The notes below the pieces were generated by a model. It made no database searches and was not told where the DNA came from. It saw only the letters and a program-made list of their open reading frames with translations. Positions 34,570-44,480 of a stretch of 44,480 nucleotides of DNA are shown one piece after another. Source of the stretch: Tricharina praecox (Eukaryota); assembly GCF_024521635.1 (NCBI RefSeq), contig NW_026250444.1:124001-168480 (forward strand). The letters run 5' to 3'. The position numbers and the translations under genes were made by a program. Numbering within the stretch: position 1 is the stretch's first letter; each line of letters begins with the position of its first letter.

Positions 34570-37500
34570 TTACTCATCTGTGAGCCGGTAGTCCCTCGGC
34601 GCATCGGGATTTTTGCGATGAAACTCGCGTAGCTTTTCCCGACCGCCTACTGAGAAGTTGTCGAATGGCTCGTTCGTCCAGTCCCGTCGTTCGGGGTAGT
34701 TGAGCCATTTGACGAGGTAGAGCACTCGTCGACCTTTCTTCGAGCTGCCCATAACCTCATCGACGTCGTATTCTTCGTTGCCTTCCACATCATCGGCCTC
34801 TCGTAAGATTTGAGAGGGATCCGGTGGTGCTCGGGTGCCGGCTCGGAACGGTTCAACGAGCGAGACGTGAAAGACATTATGAATCTTCCACTTCCTTGGC
34901 AGAGTGAGCTTGACAGCGAGCGGCGATACGATCTTCTCGATTTGGAAGGGACCATGGTTCTTGTGGTCCAACTTCCGCGAGGGTCGGCGGGTTTGAATGT
35001 TCCGCCCATTGAGCATTACCAAGTCTCCTACTTGATAAGCCGGTGCCTCCTGACGATGTTGATCTGCATACTTGCGCATTCGTTCGCGCGTTCGTTCGAG
35101 GGTCTTGATGTTTTCCTCGTGGACTGTATGCATCCAGTGAGCGTAGACCTTGCTGGCGGGGTTGAGAGAATTTGCCGCAGCAGGGTTTGTCGCCGACGGG
35201 TGGTATCCGAAATTCGCATAGAAGGGCGACATTCCGGTTGCCAATGTAACCGAGTTGTTGTAGGCAAACTCAGCCATCGGTAGGAGATTCACCCAATCGT
35301 TCTGTTCGTAGTTGACGAAGGAGCGGAGGTATGCTTCGATCGTCTGGTTGAGGCGTTTGGTTTGTCCATCCGTCTGTGGGTGGAACGCTGTTGACATCCG
35401 GGGCTTAATGCCTAGCAGCCGGATGAATTCTTTCCATGTACCCGAGGTAAACCGTGAGTCTCGGTCCGACACTATGTCTGCTGGTAATCCGTGAAAGCGC
35501 CATATCTCGCGGGCAAAAATCTTCGCGAGATCCTCGGCTATCTTTCCATCCTTAGGTAGGGGGATGAAATGCGCCATCTTGGTGAAGCGGTCGACGACCA
35601 CCCATAGCTGGTCGCATCCGTTGGATTCCGGTAGGTCGGTAATGAAGTCCATGGCTATTGATTGCCATGGGGTGTATGGTAACTCGAGGGGATTGAGTAG
35701 TCCATACGGCTGGTGCCTTGTTGCTTTGTCCTTCTGACACTGCGCGCAACTCCGGACGAAGTCTATAATCTGCTCGTCCATCTTTGGCCACCAGAAATTG
35801 CGTCGGATAAGTTCGATAGTCTTGTCCTGGCCCATATGCCCCGCGACTTTCGTATCGTGTTCCGACTCGAGGATGTGTCTGACGAGTTCCTTATCGTCTG
35901 GTACCCATAGCCTTTCTTTCCTATACAGGCACCCCTCTTCCATCCTCAAAATCCTGGCCTTTCGGCCCATCCTGCCGGAGTCCCTACTCTCGGCGGCCAG
36001 TTCCCAGGCCTTTCGGCCCTCCGACTCAGTGTCCTTCTGAGCCGCGTCCTCGTTCGTGTCCTTGATGCTGCTCAGAGCCTCCTGATACCCAGCATCTTCC
36101 TTTCCTGCCTTCCTGACCCAACCCAGAAATTCTTCATTCCACTTTGGCACGGGGATTGATTGTAGCCGAGTTGACGAAACCAGGAACACGGTGCTTTCGC
36201 CTCCGGTGCTGATTGATGAAACTCTCGAATCGTCGCCTGCAAAGTGTGATTTATGCAGGATCGTCGTAATCGGCTGATCTTCACCCCCCCCTTTTTCAGG
36301 GCGGTACTCCGGGCGCCTGGATAATGCGTCAGGCTTGCCGTTCTGGCTGCCGGGCCGGTAGTAGATTTTGAAGTCGATGCCAGCGAGTTCTTGTGCCCAT
36401 CTCGCCTGCCGTCGATTGAGTCCTTTCATGGTTGTGAAGTACTCAAGGTTCTGGTGGTCGCAGTACACCTGGATCTGGTGTTTTGCTCCCTCAAGGTATT
36501 GCCGCCAGCGTTTGAAAGAGTCTACTATCGCGAGTAGTTCCTTATCGTGAATCTCAAAGTTGATTTCGGCTGGGGTAAACTTTCTTGAGTGGAACGCAAC
36601 TGGGTGTAACTTCCCATCCTCTGTCCTTTGAGACAGGACCGCGCCCAACGCGAAGTCCGAAGCGTCGGATTCCACCACGACAGGTAATTCTGGGTTGAAG
36701 TGCCCCAGAATCGGTGCCGTGGTGAACCTAGACTTCAGCTCCTCGAAGGCCAGTTCCATCTCCGCTGTCCATCTCCAATCCTTCCCTTTTTCTTTTGTGC
36801 TCTCGGTCAAGGGTCTCGTGATCTTTGAGAAATCCTTGATGAAGCGCCTGTAAAAATTGGCGAACCCAAGAAAGGCTTGTACTTCCTTCAGGGACCGCGG
36901 CGCCTCCCACGAGAGCACAGATTCCACCTTGTCCTTAGCCATCTCAATTCCATCTTGGGATATCACGTATCCTAGGAACTCGACTCTCCCTGTCGACCAG
37001 ACACACTTCTCTGGTGAGATTGCCAACTTATTTTCTTCTAACCTCTTTAGTACCTTGATGACTATCTTGTCATGCTCCTCGTGCGTCTTCGCATAGATGA
37101 GGAGGTCATCGATGTACGCGACCAGTCCCAGGTCCAACATATCCCGAAATATGTGGTTAATCATGTCCTGAAACGTCGCTGGAGCGTTGGTCAGCCCAAA
37201 CGGCATGACCAAAAACTCAAACAGTCCGTATCGACAGCGGAAAGCCGTCTTCCACTCGTCACCTTCCTTGATGCGGATAAGGTGATAGCCATTCTTCAGA
37301 TCAATCTTGGTGAAGACTTTCCCACCCCTGACTCGGTCTTGCAACTCTGCCATGATCGGGAGTGGGTAGCGATTGGCTACGGTAATCTTGTTGATACCGC
37401 GATAGTCGACAGACAATCGCAGACCCCTGCCGTGCGCCTTTGGTACAAATAATATCGGCGCCCCGGCTGGTGATTTGGATCTTCGAATCTTGCCTGTCTG

Positions 37501-38379
37501 GAGCATCTCCTTGAGCCACTCTCTGAGGGCCTCAAGTTCTTTCTCTGACAGCGCATAGATAGGACCCCATGGAGGAGTCTCTCCTTCCTTGAGATCGATT
37601 GCGTGGTCGTAGGACTTGTGGTCGGGAAGCTTATCAGCTGCTTCCTTGCTCATGATGTTGGCATATCGTCTGAACTTCTCCGGAAGCAGATTTATGGGTG
37701 GATCTGATTCCGGGCCAGCTGAGACGTATCCGATAATGCGAGCCTCCGAATTGTGAACGACAGACGTGTCAAGTTCCATCGGAAAGCTGGTTGCTTGTTG
37801 CAAGGTGCATTGTTCCTTGCATCGGGTGCTGGTGAAGCGAATTTTCTGTGCTTCATTCTCCCACAACCCTGTCGGTTGATGCTTAGCCATCCACCAATAC
37901 GGGAGGTAGGCATCGCAGTCGTCCAAGGGAGCCACTTCGAAGGTTTCGTTGGTGTAGTGCCTCCGGTGTTGAAGGAGCATCGTCATTGTATAATATTCCC
38001 CGGCTCCTTCCACTATGGTTCCGTGGAAGTCCTTGATTTCCACCGGCTTAGGTCGTTGAATGAGGGGCAACCCAAGTTCTCGTGCAAGGCTTCGTTTGAT
38101 GATCGGAATGGCACATCCTGTGTCGAGGAGTACTGGGATCCGTCGTCGCTTGTGCTCAGACCAGAGGAGCATCATTTCTATGATTGGTCGTGGTCCGCTG
38201 ACAGGTTTTGGGGGCTCACACCCTGAGGCGCTCGGCGCGGTTGGACTCGTAGAAATAGGTCGGTCCGTCCGTCTTCGCTTATCTCTGGATTCGCTGTCGA
38301 TATCCTGAGGCCGTGGTCTCTTCGTTCCGCAAACATATACACCTGGCCGTCCAGTCTGCGCAGTGCTGGGGCCGCTCAA
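34570..38379 (-). CDS. pol: Pol polyprotein of element B (PR-RT-RNaseH-IN-chromodomain), 1269-aa frame reached by -1 frameshift
   Basis: LLDTGC protease; MPFGLTNAPATFQ and YIDD reverse transcriptase; ESDASD/DKELLA RNase H; HHCC zinc finger; MDF, SDRD and GQTKR integrase core; GPF; chromodomain EEYDVDEV..YLVKW. Confidence 0.95.
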   Translation of the reverse strand: MSGPSTAQTGRPGVYVCGTKRPRPQDIDSESRDKRRRTDRPISTSPTAPSASGCEPPKPVSGPRPIIEMMLLWSEHKRRRIPVLLDTGCAIPIIKRSLARELGLPLIQRPKPVEIKDFHGTIVEGAGEYYTMTMLLQHRRHYTNETFEVAPLDDCDAYLPYWWMAKHQPTGLWENEAQKIRFTSTRCKEQCTLQQATSFPMELDTSVVHNSEARIIGYVSAGPESDPPINLLPEKFRRYANIMSKEAADKLPDHKSYDHAIDLKEGETPPWGPIYALSEKELEALREWLKEMLQTGKIRRSKSPAGAPILFVPKAHGRGLRLSVDYRGINKITVANRYPLPIMAELQDRVRGGKVFTKIDLKNGYHLIRIKEGDEWKTAFRCRYGLFEFLVMPFGLTNAPATFQDMINHIFRDMLDLGLVAYIDDLLIYAKTHEEHDKIVIKVLKRLEENKLAISPEKCVWSTGRVEFLGYVISQDGIEMAKDKVESVLSWEAPRSLKEVQAFLGFANFYRRFIKDFSKITRPLTESTKEKGKDWRWTAEMELAFEELKSRFTTAPILGHFNPELPVVVESDASDFALGAVLSQRTEDGKLHPVAFHSRKFTPAEINFEIHDKELLAIVDSFKRWRQYLEGAKHQIQVYCDHQNLEYFTTMKGLNRRQARWAQELAGIDFKIYYRPGSQNGKPDALSRRPEYRPEKGGGEDQPITTILHKSHFAGDDSRVSSISTGGESTVFLVSSTRLQSIPVPKWNEEFLGWVRKAGKEDAGYQEALSSIKDTNEDAAQKDTESEGRKAWELAAESRDSGRMGRKARILRMEEGCLYRKERLWVPDDKELVRHILESEHDTKVAGHMGQDKTIELIRRNFWWPKMDEQIIDFVRSCAQCQKDKATRHQPYGLLNPLELPYTPWQSIAMDFITDLPESNGCDQLWVVVDRFTKMAHFIPLPKDGKIAEDLAKIFAREIWRFHGLPADIVSDRDSRFTSGTWKEFIRLLGIKPRMSTAFHPQTDGQTKRLNQTIEAYLRSFVNYEQNDWVNLLPMAEFAYNNSVTLATGMSPFYANFGYHPSATNPAAANSLNPASKVYAHWMHTVHEENIKTLERTRERMRKYADQHRQEAPAYQVGDLVMLNGRNIQTRRPSRKLDHKNHGPFQIEKIVSPLAVKLTLPRKWKIHNVFHVSLVEPFRAGTRAPPDPSQILREADDVEGNEEYDVDEVMGSSKKGRRVLYLVKWLNYPERRDWTNEPFDNFSVGGREKLREFHRKNPDAPRDYRLTDE

Positions 38380-40379
38380 AAATCCTCCGGCTCACTCTGA
38401 TTCTCTTCCCAGAATGGAGGCGCCTCCGTCATTGCTTCATCCTCCACCACAACCGCCGCAGCCTTGTGTTGCTTGGACCTCGGTCGAGTGGGTTCGGCAT
38501 CCTGGGTGTCCCGCTTTCTCTTTGTCACGGATGACACCTTTGGACTTTCGGGGAGTTCGGTACCCGCGACTGTTTTTCTGGCGTAGCATTGGAAGGTTCG
38601 GTGGCCGTCTCGTCCGCAACGCCAACAGTCGCACTTGGATGCTTTGTGGGCATCGATCTCCTTCTGGGGAACCCCTACCAGAGCCTCCTTTGCTCCTGCG
38701 TAGATGTCCCCTTCCCTTGTCCTTCCCTTCCTGACTCCTGTTGCTTCCTTGGCCTTTCGGCCCTCCGGGGACTCCCCGCTTTCCTTGCGGCCCCCGGGGT
38801 CTCTGCCCTTTCCTTGGCCCTGCCGGCCGTTGCCAGGTCCCTTCCGGTCGCCGCCGGAACCCTGGCTACCCGATCCCCCTTTCCTCATTGCCCTTGCCTT
38901 CTTCAGCGCGTCCCGTCGTTCCACATGGTTGCCAGCCCTGCGCACTGTTTCCAGGAAGTCTTCATCGTCTTCGTAGGGTTCGGTGTGCTGGTTGAAGCAC
39001 ATATCGACGATGTCGGTAGTCATGGCCTGGTTGACTATGTCTTGTAGCGGTTCGCCGGTGGCGCGAGCGATCATGTTGAGCGATCGGAAGGAGGTCATGT
39101 AAGCCTGAATGTCTCCTTTGTATTCGAGGGCCCACATCCTTCTTAATGCGTTCGCTCCTTCCTGCGTGTCGCGGTACGCCTCCTTGAGTGCCTCTTGGTA
39201 CGCCTGCCAGGTATCTTCCAAGTGTAGCTGCCTCAGGCTTTTTCGACGGGCCTGATGCCATTCTGCCGCTGTCCCTTCCAGTCGGGATCCCACCCACGCT
39301 ATCTTCTGCTGCTCGTTTGTCTCTGGGTGGAACTCAAGATATTCTTCAACTGAGTCCCACCATGGACGGAAGGCTGTTCTTTGCTTGCCATCGAACGGCT
39401 TGGGCTCTTTCATTTTAAGCTTGATGGCCCTCGGGTTCGATGCGGAGACGGCAGCAGCGATGATCCGAGCGAAGCGACTCTCTTCGTCTTCGTCGTCTTC
39501 TCTTGGTAGCGGAGCGTGTCGGTGACGGGGCGGCGAACGACGCGGCAAGGGGATGGAGTCGTCATCATCCGATGGTTCCTCATCCGAGGGATCACCTCCA
39601 AGGTTAGTCACCGGACGTCTTGGGGGTGGAGGAGGAGGGGACATTCCTGCACCTGCCGGAGTTTCCCTTGTTGCTGACCTTTCTGCCCGCGACTCTCCTC
39701 TTGGGGTAGTGTTTACCCACTCCGGGGCCTTTTCCTTCGTCTTCCCTGTCCTTACCTCTACAGCCTTCAATTTTTTCTCTGCTCGAGCGATTTTTTCCTT
39801 GATTCGCTGTTGCTCCTTGTAGAGGTATTCTGCCTTCTCTTCCTGTTTCCCTGCCCAAATTTCCACGTTGCGGTTGTACACCGCTTGCTCCCTGCGTTGT
39901 TCGACTTGCGCCGTTTCGAGGAACACGATGGCGTCTTGTAGCCGAGCGTTTGCGACGCTTTGCAACTCGCGGTTGTCTTCGTCTTTCTGGTTACGTTCTC
40001 GAATGACTGCCCATACGTCGCTGCTCAGAGCGTGCGTCGCGTTCGCTACCGTTGACAGCTCGGTTCGAAGCCATCCTGTATTTATTTCGGCATTGTGAGC
40101 GTAGAGGTTGTACACATACTTGACCCCATCGCAGAGTTGTTCGTAGTTCCTTCTGATTTCCTGCATTCGGGAGTCCTCTTCGTTGAACTTCTGATCGCAT
40201 GCTTGGTAAAGCTGGCGCAGGTCTCTTTGTGCCGTTTGGTATTGGTGGTTCATCAGCGTGAGCCAGGCTGCCGGGTTTCGTACTTCGACGGTTTCGGATG
40301 CTTGCGGGATGCTAACGAGCGCATTGCTCAGGGTCTGAGGAAGTTCGAGGCGGAGCATGTCGAGGTTTGAGGAGGACAT
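38376..40379 (-). CDS. gag: Gag of element B (667 aa)
   Basis: KMKEPKPFDGK..KIAWVGSRLEGTAAEW capsid-like region; zinc knuckle CWRCGRDGHRTFQC; lies between the 5' LTR and pol. Confidence 0.9.
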   Translation of the reverse strand: MSSSNLDMLRLELPQTLSNALVSIPQASETVEVRNPAAWLTLMNHQYQTAQRDLRQLYQACDQKFNEEDSRMQEIRRNYEQLCDGVKYVYNLYAHNAEINTGWLRTELSTVANATHALSSDVWAVIRERNQKDEDNRELQSVANARLQDAIVFLETAQVEQRREQAVYNRNVEIWAGKQEEKAEYLYKEQQRIKEKIARAEKKLKAVEVRTGKTKEKAPEWVNTTPRGESRAERSATRETPAGAGMSPPPPPPRRPVTNLGGDPSDEEPSDDDDSIPLPRRSPPRHRHAPLPREDDEDEESRFARIIAAAVSASNPRAIKLKMKEPKPFDGKQRTAFRPWWDSVEEYLEFHPETNEQQKIAWVGSRLEGTAAEWHQARRKSLRQLHLEDTWQAYQEALKEAYRDTQEGANALRRMWALEYKGDIQAYMTSFRSLNMIARATGEPLQDIVNQAMTTDIVDMCFNQHTEPYEDDEDFLETVRRAGNHVERRDALKKARAMRKGGSGSQGSGGDRKGPGNGRQGQGKGRDPGGRKESGESPEGRKAKEATGVRKGRTREGDIYAGAKEALVGVPQKEIDAHKASKCDCWRCGRDGHRTFQCYARKTVAGTELPESPKVSSVTKRKRDTQDAEPTRPRSKQHKAAAVVVEDEAMTEAPPFWEENQSEPEDF

Positions 40380-40417
40380 ATCGATAGAAATCGGTGACTG
40401 TAACCTTAAGATTATAG

Positions 40418-41107
40418 TGTGAGACTGGGACGGGTTGGTGCCGTCGGAGTCTATGGTGATATCGAGGAAAGAATAAAAGTCAGGGATTTCGACAATTCAC
40501 AACGGAATAATCTTAAGGGTGTTTGTTCGATGGTTTGTTCGGTGCGATGATTGTAGTATGTTCGGTTTGCCCGCTCGGTTCGACTTATAGTCGTCCCGAT
40601 CCTCAGCACGTGATTCCTCTAGAGTGCGGCCTAACGTAGCTCCGTTGCTTCCTTTACATCGGAGTTCCGCGGCCTAGCCTTGAGTCGTCGTCAGCTCTCT
40701 TCGGATAGTCTTCTCGACTAGGCAGGTAGTAAACACCACGCGCCCAAGATAGATCGGAGTTTCCGAGCAATTATCTCCCTCATGCGCCGGCAGAGTTCTT
40801 CGCTCAAAGTTGTCTGCCCCCATCGGTCGATGTTCGATTCTCTCGTCATACCAGTTTTTTCCTGGATCGGAGTTCCTACTGCGGGGCCCTATGATCGGAG
40901 ATCTCAAAGTCCTCTGGACTGTTATCCCGATCTCCCTCATCTCCGATCACTGTCTAGACTCTGGAATCCGTTTGCTCCCTCCTTCCTATCTTGTCCTTGA
41001 TCGCTTCTAACTATCCTTTCGGCTCGCAACTCTATTCTAATCACCCGAACTATCTAATCACATCTCTTGCGACCGTCGTGACCTCCGATACCTATCGGGG
41101 TGTCACA
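40418..41107 (-). mobile_element. 5' LTR of element B (690 bp)
   Basis: Plus strand TGTGAGA...TGTCACA; direct repeat of the split 33174-34427 copy. Confidence 0.96.
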
Positions 41108-41112
41108 ACATC

Positions 41113-41341
41113 ACACATGTTGCCACCACCACCCTGTCCATACAGGAACACCACGACGAAATCCCTATGTTTGTCACCAAACTAGGCCACTACCCCGTTG
41201 TACTCGGAATCCCCTGGATGGACCTCCACGATGTGGCCATCCGGTTCAGCTCCCGAACCCTCACCTTCAGCTCCCAATACTGCACAGCCAATTGCAATGC
41301 GGTGCCCACAGTTGCACATGGAATCACCACCGACCCGCCTG
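41113..41341 (+). pseudogene. pol: Pol of A1, continuation of the protease, interrupted again by A3
   Basis: Resumes in frame after the TSD: THVATTTLSIQEHHDEIPMFVTKLGHYPVVLGIPWMDLHDVAIRFSSRTLTFSSQYC. Confidence 0.9.
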
Positions 41342-41900
41342 TGTAACGGCACGGTCGGGCAAGGCTCCAGGTAGCGAAGTCGGGCTGGGGATCGGGTTCT
41401 GGGTTCGGCAGAGGCAAGACGGGTTCAGGGGACAAGGTGAGGCAGGACTCAGTGCAGACGGCAACTGAGAACAGAGGCAGGGACAAGGACTACGGCGCAG
41501 ACGGCAGCCGAGGCAAGGACAGAGGTAACAGTGATTGAATTAACAAGTTGTTGCGTGAAGAACTAAATACAGAGGGGCAACGGCCCGTTTATATAGAAAA
41601 TCCTCCACTTCTTCCCGCAACCTGACAATGACCGTGGGCGTGTGCCAGACCCTCAGAAATCCACCTTGCCAGTACCCCACTTCTGTGACTCATACCCTGC
41701 GCAGCCGCACTACCCCTGCTTCCTGCACACAGCCCCAATCTCCTGCGACTCATTGCTGCGCTATCCCTGCTCCCTACACACAGCCCCAAATCCTCTGCGA
41801 CTCATCCTTGCACTGCCGGTGCACTGCCTCTGCACTGCCCCCCAACTCTCCCGATCCTTGTGCCGACCCTCCCTTCGTGATTCCATCGCGAGCCGTGACA
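41342..41900 (-). mobile_element. 3' LTR of family-A element A3 (559 bp)
   Basis: Reverse complement of the A LTR; preceded on the minus strand by PPT CCTTAGGAGGGACTAC (41916-41901) and a pol end. Confidence 0.95.
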
Positions 41901-44396
41901 GTAGTCCCTCCTAAGGCTCGAGTTCCCACGAGAGCAAGTTCGACTGGTCCAGGCTGCATGGGGTATCGTCGATGGAAGTCGTCCACAGCTTGTACCTCGG
42001 TAAGGTTCTCCTCTGGTTCCCATGTTGGTGCCACGTAGCCTCTCCATTTCACCAGGTACTGGAGTTTGCCCCTGAGGTTCCGGCTGTCGAGGACCTCTTC
42101 AACCTCCCATTCTTCTTGGTCGTCCACGATTACCGGAAGTGGTGGCGGTGTAATTTGTCCAGGGAAGGGATCGTCAGCGGAGGCATGAAGGAGGGATACA
42201 GGAAATGTTCGGTGCTTCTGAACGGTGTCCGGGATGTCCAATTCGTAGGCGTGGGTTCCGATTGTCCGAATCACACGGTAGGGACCATGGTGTTTGTTTT
42301 CCAGCTTGCGACTGGGTCTCTCGGTGCGCCAGTTCCGGCCATCCACCCATACCATGTCGCCTGGTTGGAACGCTGGCGCAGGGGTTCAGTGTCGGTCGGA
42401 GTCGTCCTGTTGCCGTGCCTGGGCATACCGCATTTGGCTGCGGGCGACGTCGTGGATTTGATGCAACCGTTCCGCTGCACTCTGAGCTTGATTTTCCTCC
42501 TTGGTGTCGACACGGATATCCAGCTCAAAGTCACACCGTGGGTGGTATCCTAGGTTAGCGAAGAATGGGGACAGGTTAGTCGTGTCGGAGACCTGGTTGT
42601 TGCCAGCGAATTCGGCCAAGAACAGGTAGTCGACCCAATCATCCTGGAGGTAGCTGACGTACGCGCGGAGGTGCTGTTCCATGACGGCGATCATCAGTTC
42701 CGTTTGGCCGTCAGTCTGGGGGTGGAAGGCAGTCGACAGGCGTCGCCCAATTTTGAGGCATGAGCATAGGTATTTCCAGAATCTCGAGGCAAACTGGGGA
42801 CCCCTATCCGAGACGATGGTTTCTGGCAACCCGTGGAACCTGAATATCCGGTCGCAGAACAGCTCGGCCAGTCCTTCCGAGGTGATGGTCGTGGTACATG
42901 GTAGGAGATGGCGTTGCTTGGTCAGTCGGTCAACAAAAACACAGATGGCGTCAAACCCCTTTGAGGCCGGTAAGCCAGTGACAAAGTCGACTGAGATATG
43001 TTGTCATGGCTTCTCGGGTACTGGGAGGGGGCGCAGGACACCATAGGGTGCGTGCCGGGTGGCCTTGGTTCGTCGGCAGGTGTGGCAGTTTCGGACAAAC
43101 TGGTCAACGTCCTTTCGCATCTGTGGCCAGTAGTACCTCTGAGCAAGTAGTTCCAGGGTTTTTGCGCGCCCTGGGTGCCCCATGGTCGGTGGGTCGTGGT
43201 GGTCCTGGATCAGTCGTAGTCGGAGTCGATCGTACTCTGGAACATAGAGGCAGTCTCGGTAGATCAGTCACCCGTTGACTTCGCGGCATTTGGCCAAGGA
43301 GATCTCCTTCGAGTGGCGTGTACCATTTCGGAGTAGCTCGAGGATTCGATTTGGGACGGGGTCTATGTCGTAGCCTTCTGTTATCAGTGACCTGAGGAGG
43401 GGACGACCTTGTTCGGGTGTGTTGGTTGCTGCCAACCGGAGTTCTTCCGGTAGGTTGTCCGGTTTCAGGACTGCCTGCTGGTTGGCGAGCAGTCTTTCAT
43501 CCCCTTCTTTAGGGAGGTCTCCTGACCTCCTGGTCAGTGCATCCGGTTTTCCTCCCGCTTTGCCTGGTCGGTAGACAATCTTGAAATGGAAACGGGAAAG
43601 GAACTCTGACCATCGCGCTTGTCGTCGGTTGAGTAGTTTCGTTGTCATGAAATACTCCAGATTCTTGTGGTCGCTTAGGACTTGGATGGGGTGAGGAGCG
43701 CCCTCCAGGTGTGGTCTCCACTCCTCAAAGGCGCGGATGATTGCGAGGAGTTCTTTGTCATAGATCTCGTAGTTGCATTCTGCCGGGGAGTGTTTCTTGG
43801 AATAGAATGCCACTGGGTGCAGGATTCCCTCGTCGTCGTACTGAGATAGGACTCCGGCAGAGACGTAGTCGGAGGCGTCAGTTTCCACTACTATCTGCCG
43901 ATCGTAGTCGAAGTGCCGGAGGATCGGGGCCGAGGTGAATGCTGTTTTTAGTTCGTCGAATGCTTTCTGCTGTTCCGGTCCCCACACGAAGGAAACATAC
44001 TTTCCATCCTCCTTCTTGGTCAATGCTGTCGATGGGGATACCACCTTGGAATAGTCTTGGATGAATCGCCGGTAGAAGTTTGCAAATCCCAGAAAGCATT
44101 GCACATCGGTGACGGTACTCGGCTCCTCCAATTCCAGTATGCAGGAGACTTTCGCTGGGTCCATCTTGATCCCGTTTGTTGTAATGATCAGTCCCAAATA
44201 CTTGACTTCCGTCTGGTGGAAATGTCATTTTTCGGGTTTGAGATGTAGACCAGCTGCTGATAAGGCCTGAAGTACTTTCCTGACATGTTTCCGGTGTTCA
44301 TCTAAGGATCGGCTGTAAATGAAGACGTCATCGATGAATGCGGTACAGAAGTCGTCAAGGAACGGGCGTAGCACATCGTTGATCAGAGCTTGGAAG
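41901..44396 (-). pseudogene. pol: Pol of A3 (RT C-terminal part, RNase H, integrase, chromodomain) with four in-frame stops
   Basis: FIDD, ETDASD, DKELLA, GHPGRAKT, SDRGPQF, GQTE, GPY, EEWEVEEVLDSR..YLVKW in a single frame; TGA codons at plus coordinates 44225, 43268, 43004 and 42386. Confidence 0.92.
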
Positions 44397-44480
44397 TGTA
44401 ACGGCACGGTCGGGCGAGGCTCCAGGTAGCGAAGTCGGGCTCGGAATCGGGTTCTAGGTTCGGCAGAGACAAGACAGGTT
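44397..44480 (-). mobile_element. Family-A LTR (A4) inserted in the A3 RT, running off the window
   Basis: TGTAACGGCACGGTCGGGC.. matches 41342 onward and interrupts the RT just upstream of FQALIND. Confidence 0.9.

Larger units (their letters stand above)
33174..41107 (-). mobile_element. Full-length Ty3/Gypsy chromovirus, family B
   Basis: Two 690-bp LTRs; 5-bp TSD ACATC (33169-33173 and 41108-41112); PPT GGGAGGGGAGATGG (34441-34428); open gag and pol. Confidence 0.97.

Noticed and set aside
31037..34604. Small recurring ORFs inside LTR copies (for example MTVGVCQTLRNPP)
   Set aside because: They recur only because the LTRs are repeated; no coding evidence.

Overview
Eukaryotic DNA, most likely from a filamentous ascomycete (short GT-AG introns with CTRAC/CTAAC branch sites). 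The left ~29 kb is gene-sparse and holds four intact spliced genes: a secreted GH17 cell-wall glucanase (BtgE/Scw11-like, with three 40-aa Cys-containing repeats), a MutL-family ATPase lacking an endonuclease C-terminus (PMS1/MLH2-like), a full-size ABCA transporter and a secreted tyrosinase-like di-copper protein. Between them lie LINE/SINE remnants, hAT-like MITEs and one apparent spliced pseudogene. The right ~14.5 kb is a multi-layer nest of Ty3/Gypsy chromoviruses. A family-A element sits in an older LTR and is split by a full-length family-B element (TSD ACATC). B's 3' LTR carries a solo family-A LTR (TSD TTCCT), and two more family-A copies are stacked downstream. Both families show self-priming (tRNA-independent) PBS complementarity and -1 gag/pol slippery sites. 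The B element has open ORFs but an E-to-K change at the integrase catalytic Glu. Decay looks CpG-driven rather than RIP. I found no convincing wholly new biological system; the best leads are the retroelement biology, the SINE/LINE pairing and the orphan pseudogene. All alignments and counts were done by eye.
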